Notes under the pieces: generated by a model | What the model saw: only the letters and a program-made list of their open reading frames with translations | The model's database searches: none | Told to the model about the DNA's origin: nothing | Translations under genes and position numbers: made by a program | IMG/VR virus record: IMGVR_UViG_3300035687_000001 | Direction: 5' to 3' (one strand) | DNA: 64,000 bases | Origin: a virus | Part shown: piece after piece, positions 62,917-64,000 of the stretch | Position numbering within the stretch: position 1 is the stretch's first letter | Layout: every line of letters starts with the position of its first letter

Positions 62917-63500
62917 CCCTGGACGGTCTCGGAACCCCGGAAGCGCCGCGCGTCGTCCGGGAACCGCTCGCTGTAGGCACTGGTCGACATCCGCTCGCCC
63001 GAGGGCCACAGCTCGACCATGTCGCCGTCGTCGGTGGCCCAGCTGACGAACGCGGGCTCGTTGCCGGTCAGCTTCGCCTTCTGGAGCGCGTAGACCCGGG
63101 CCTTGTCCGGCGAGTCCTCCTCGGCGGCGACCTCGGGCAGATCGCGGTTCGTGAAGCACACGAACGCGCCGTACACAGCCATGCTCTGCTCCTTTGTGGA
63201 TTTGCGGAGGATCAGGTTGTACTCGACCCGGTCGCCCTCCGCCTTGCGTCCCCACCGGCTCGTAAGGACGTCGAACTGATCACCGTTGACCTCCAGCGCC
63301 GAACCGACCTCGGGAAGGTCGAAGGGGAACACCCCGAAGCCGCTGATGCCGCGATAGTCGTCCTGGCTCGCGGCATGACGCCACGCGAGGAAGGCAGCAC
63401 GCACGTCCAGGACGCTGGACTCTCGGGGCGCAGGAAGACCGGCCACCACGCACCCGGCGAGCAGCGCGGCCAGCTCCTCGGTGGTCTTCCGCTCGCTCAC
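62913..63500 (-). CDS. hypothetical protein (195 aa); small-terminase role suggested only by position
   Basis: Track ORF, coupled to terL; no recognisable motif. Confidence 0.7.
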   Translation of the reverse strand: MSERKTTEELAALLAGCVVAGLPAPRESSVLDVRAAFLAWRHAASQDDYRGISGFGVFPFDLPEVGSALEVNGDQFDVLTSRWGRKAEGDRVEYNLILRKSTKEQSMAVYGAFVCFTNRDLPEVAAEEDSPDKARVYALQKAKLTGNEPAFVSWATDDGDMVELWPSGERMSTSAYSERFPDDARRFRGSETVQG

Positions 63501-63772
63501 TTGACCTCCGACGGCTCCACGGCGAAGCCCTCGTCCTTCAGGCCCTTGCTGGCCAGGAACTCGTCCCAGCTCAGCTCGGTGTCGTCGATCAGCCGGACGT
63601 GGCGGGTGTCGCCGATGTCGTAGCCGATGCCGACCGGCTCGCGTCCGGCCTTGGCGAGATTCCGGCAGACACGGTTGGCGCGCTCCCGGGCAGCCTCCAC
63701 GGTCTCGGCACGCACCTCGGTGAAGACCAGGGTGCCCCTGTCGTCGTTGATCGCGGTCGCCTGCACGCTCAT
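63497..63772 (-). CDS. hypothetical protein (91 aa)
   Basis: Track ORF; coupled. Confidence 0.7.
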   Translation of the reverse strand: MSVQATAINDDRGTLVFTEVRAETVEAARERANRVCRNLAKAGREPVGIGYDIGDTRHVRLIDDTELSWDEFLASKGLKDEGFAVEPSEVK

Positions 63773-64000
63773 CAGTGGTGGTGTCCCTTCGTGTACTGCC
63801 GGACGATGTCGTCGAGGTTGCGCTCGGCCCTGATCACGCTCGGGCCGTCGTTCTTCAGGCCCAGCAGGTTGGACTGGACCTCGTGCGCCATCCGGTCGTG
63901 GTCGAACTCATGCCGGTCGACGCGTCCCTGGATCTCGACGTCGAAGCTCCACAGGTCCGGCACGTGCTCCACCATCGACTCGCCGGTGAGCGGGTGCTGG
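63772..64000 (-). CDS. hypothetical protein, partial (5' end may lie beyond window end)
   Basis: Track ORF 63772..63975; frame stays open to nt 64000 so start uncertain. Confidence 0.55.
   Translation of the reverse strand, partial: QHPLTGESMVEHVPDLWSFDVEIQGRVDRHEFDHDRMAHEVQSNLLGLKNDGPSVIRAERNLDDIVRQYTKGHHH

Noticed and set aside
62913-63500. Calling the 195-aa protein upstream of terL the small terminase subunit
   Set aside because: Only position supports it. I recognised no HTH or small-terminase motif, so it is left as hypothetical.

Overview
High-GC window (roughly two-thirds G+C by eye) that looks like an actinobacteriophage or prophage with Streptomyces-type codon usage. I call 151 tightly packed, mostly small CDS. 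147 are on the minus strand and many are translationally coupled through ATGA/GTGA overlaps. Many long R/G/P/A-rich ORFs in the six-frame track are off-frame or antisense shadows and were dropped or trimmed. Recognisable products: large terminase (60946..62916), a 719-aa polyvalent protein (ParB-like + Arr-type ADP-ribosyltransferase + RelE-like + nucleotidyltransferase), ArdC-type anti-restriction protein, WhiB-like and Lsr2-like regulators, ParB-nuclease-like and DUF262 proteins, M50 site-2 protease, an HExxH peptidase, Nudix hydrolase, metallophosphoesterase, YdjM-like hydrolase, a lipoprotein, and many zinc-ribbon or tiny membrane proteins. I saw no replication, virion-structural, integrase, tRNA/rRNA or CRISPR features. 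Two things stand out. (1) A conserved module of about 55-65 nt recurs 31 times, always in the same orientation 5' of a minus-strand CDS. On the minus strand it reads TTGACC-N17-TAGKGT with the inverted repeat CTACCC-N4-GGGTAG in and over the spacer, then a leader, then CCGCACYGGAGG and a start codon. A subset also carries a leader hairpin with a GUCAG loop. (2) A three-gene plus-strand operon bounded by terminators (small TM protein, DUF2637 membrane protein, TraB/FtsK-like translocase with C-terminal wHTH) lies next to a 0.4-kb lower-GC, iteron-rich gap. That layout resembles a Streptomyces conjugation/spreading module with a clt-like site, here embedded in a phage-like gene array. All function calls come from motif recognition by eye; no searches were run.
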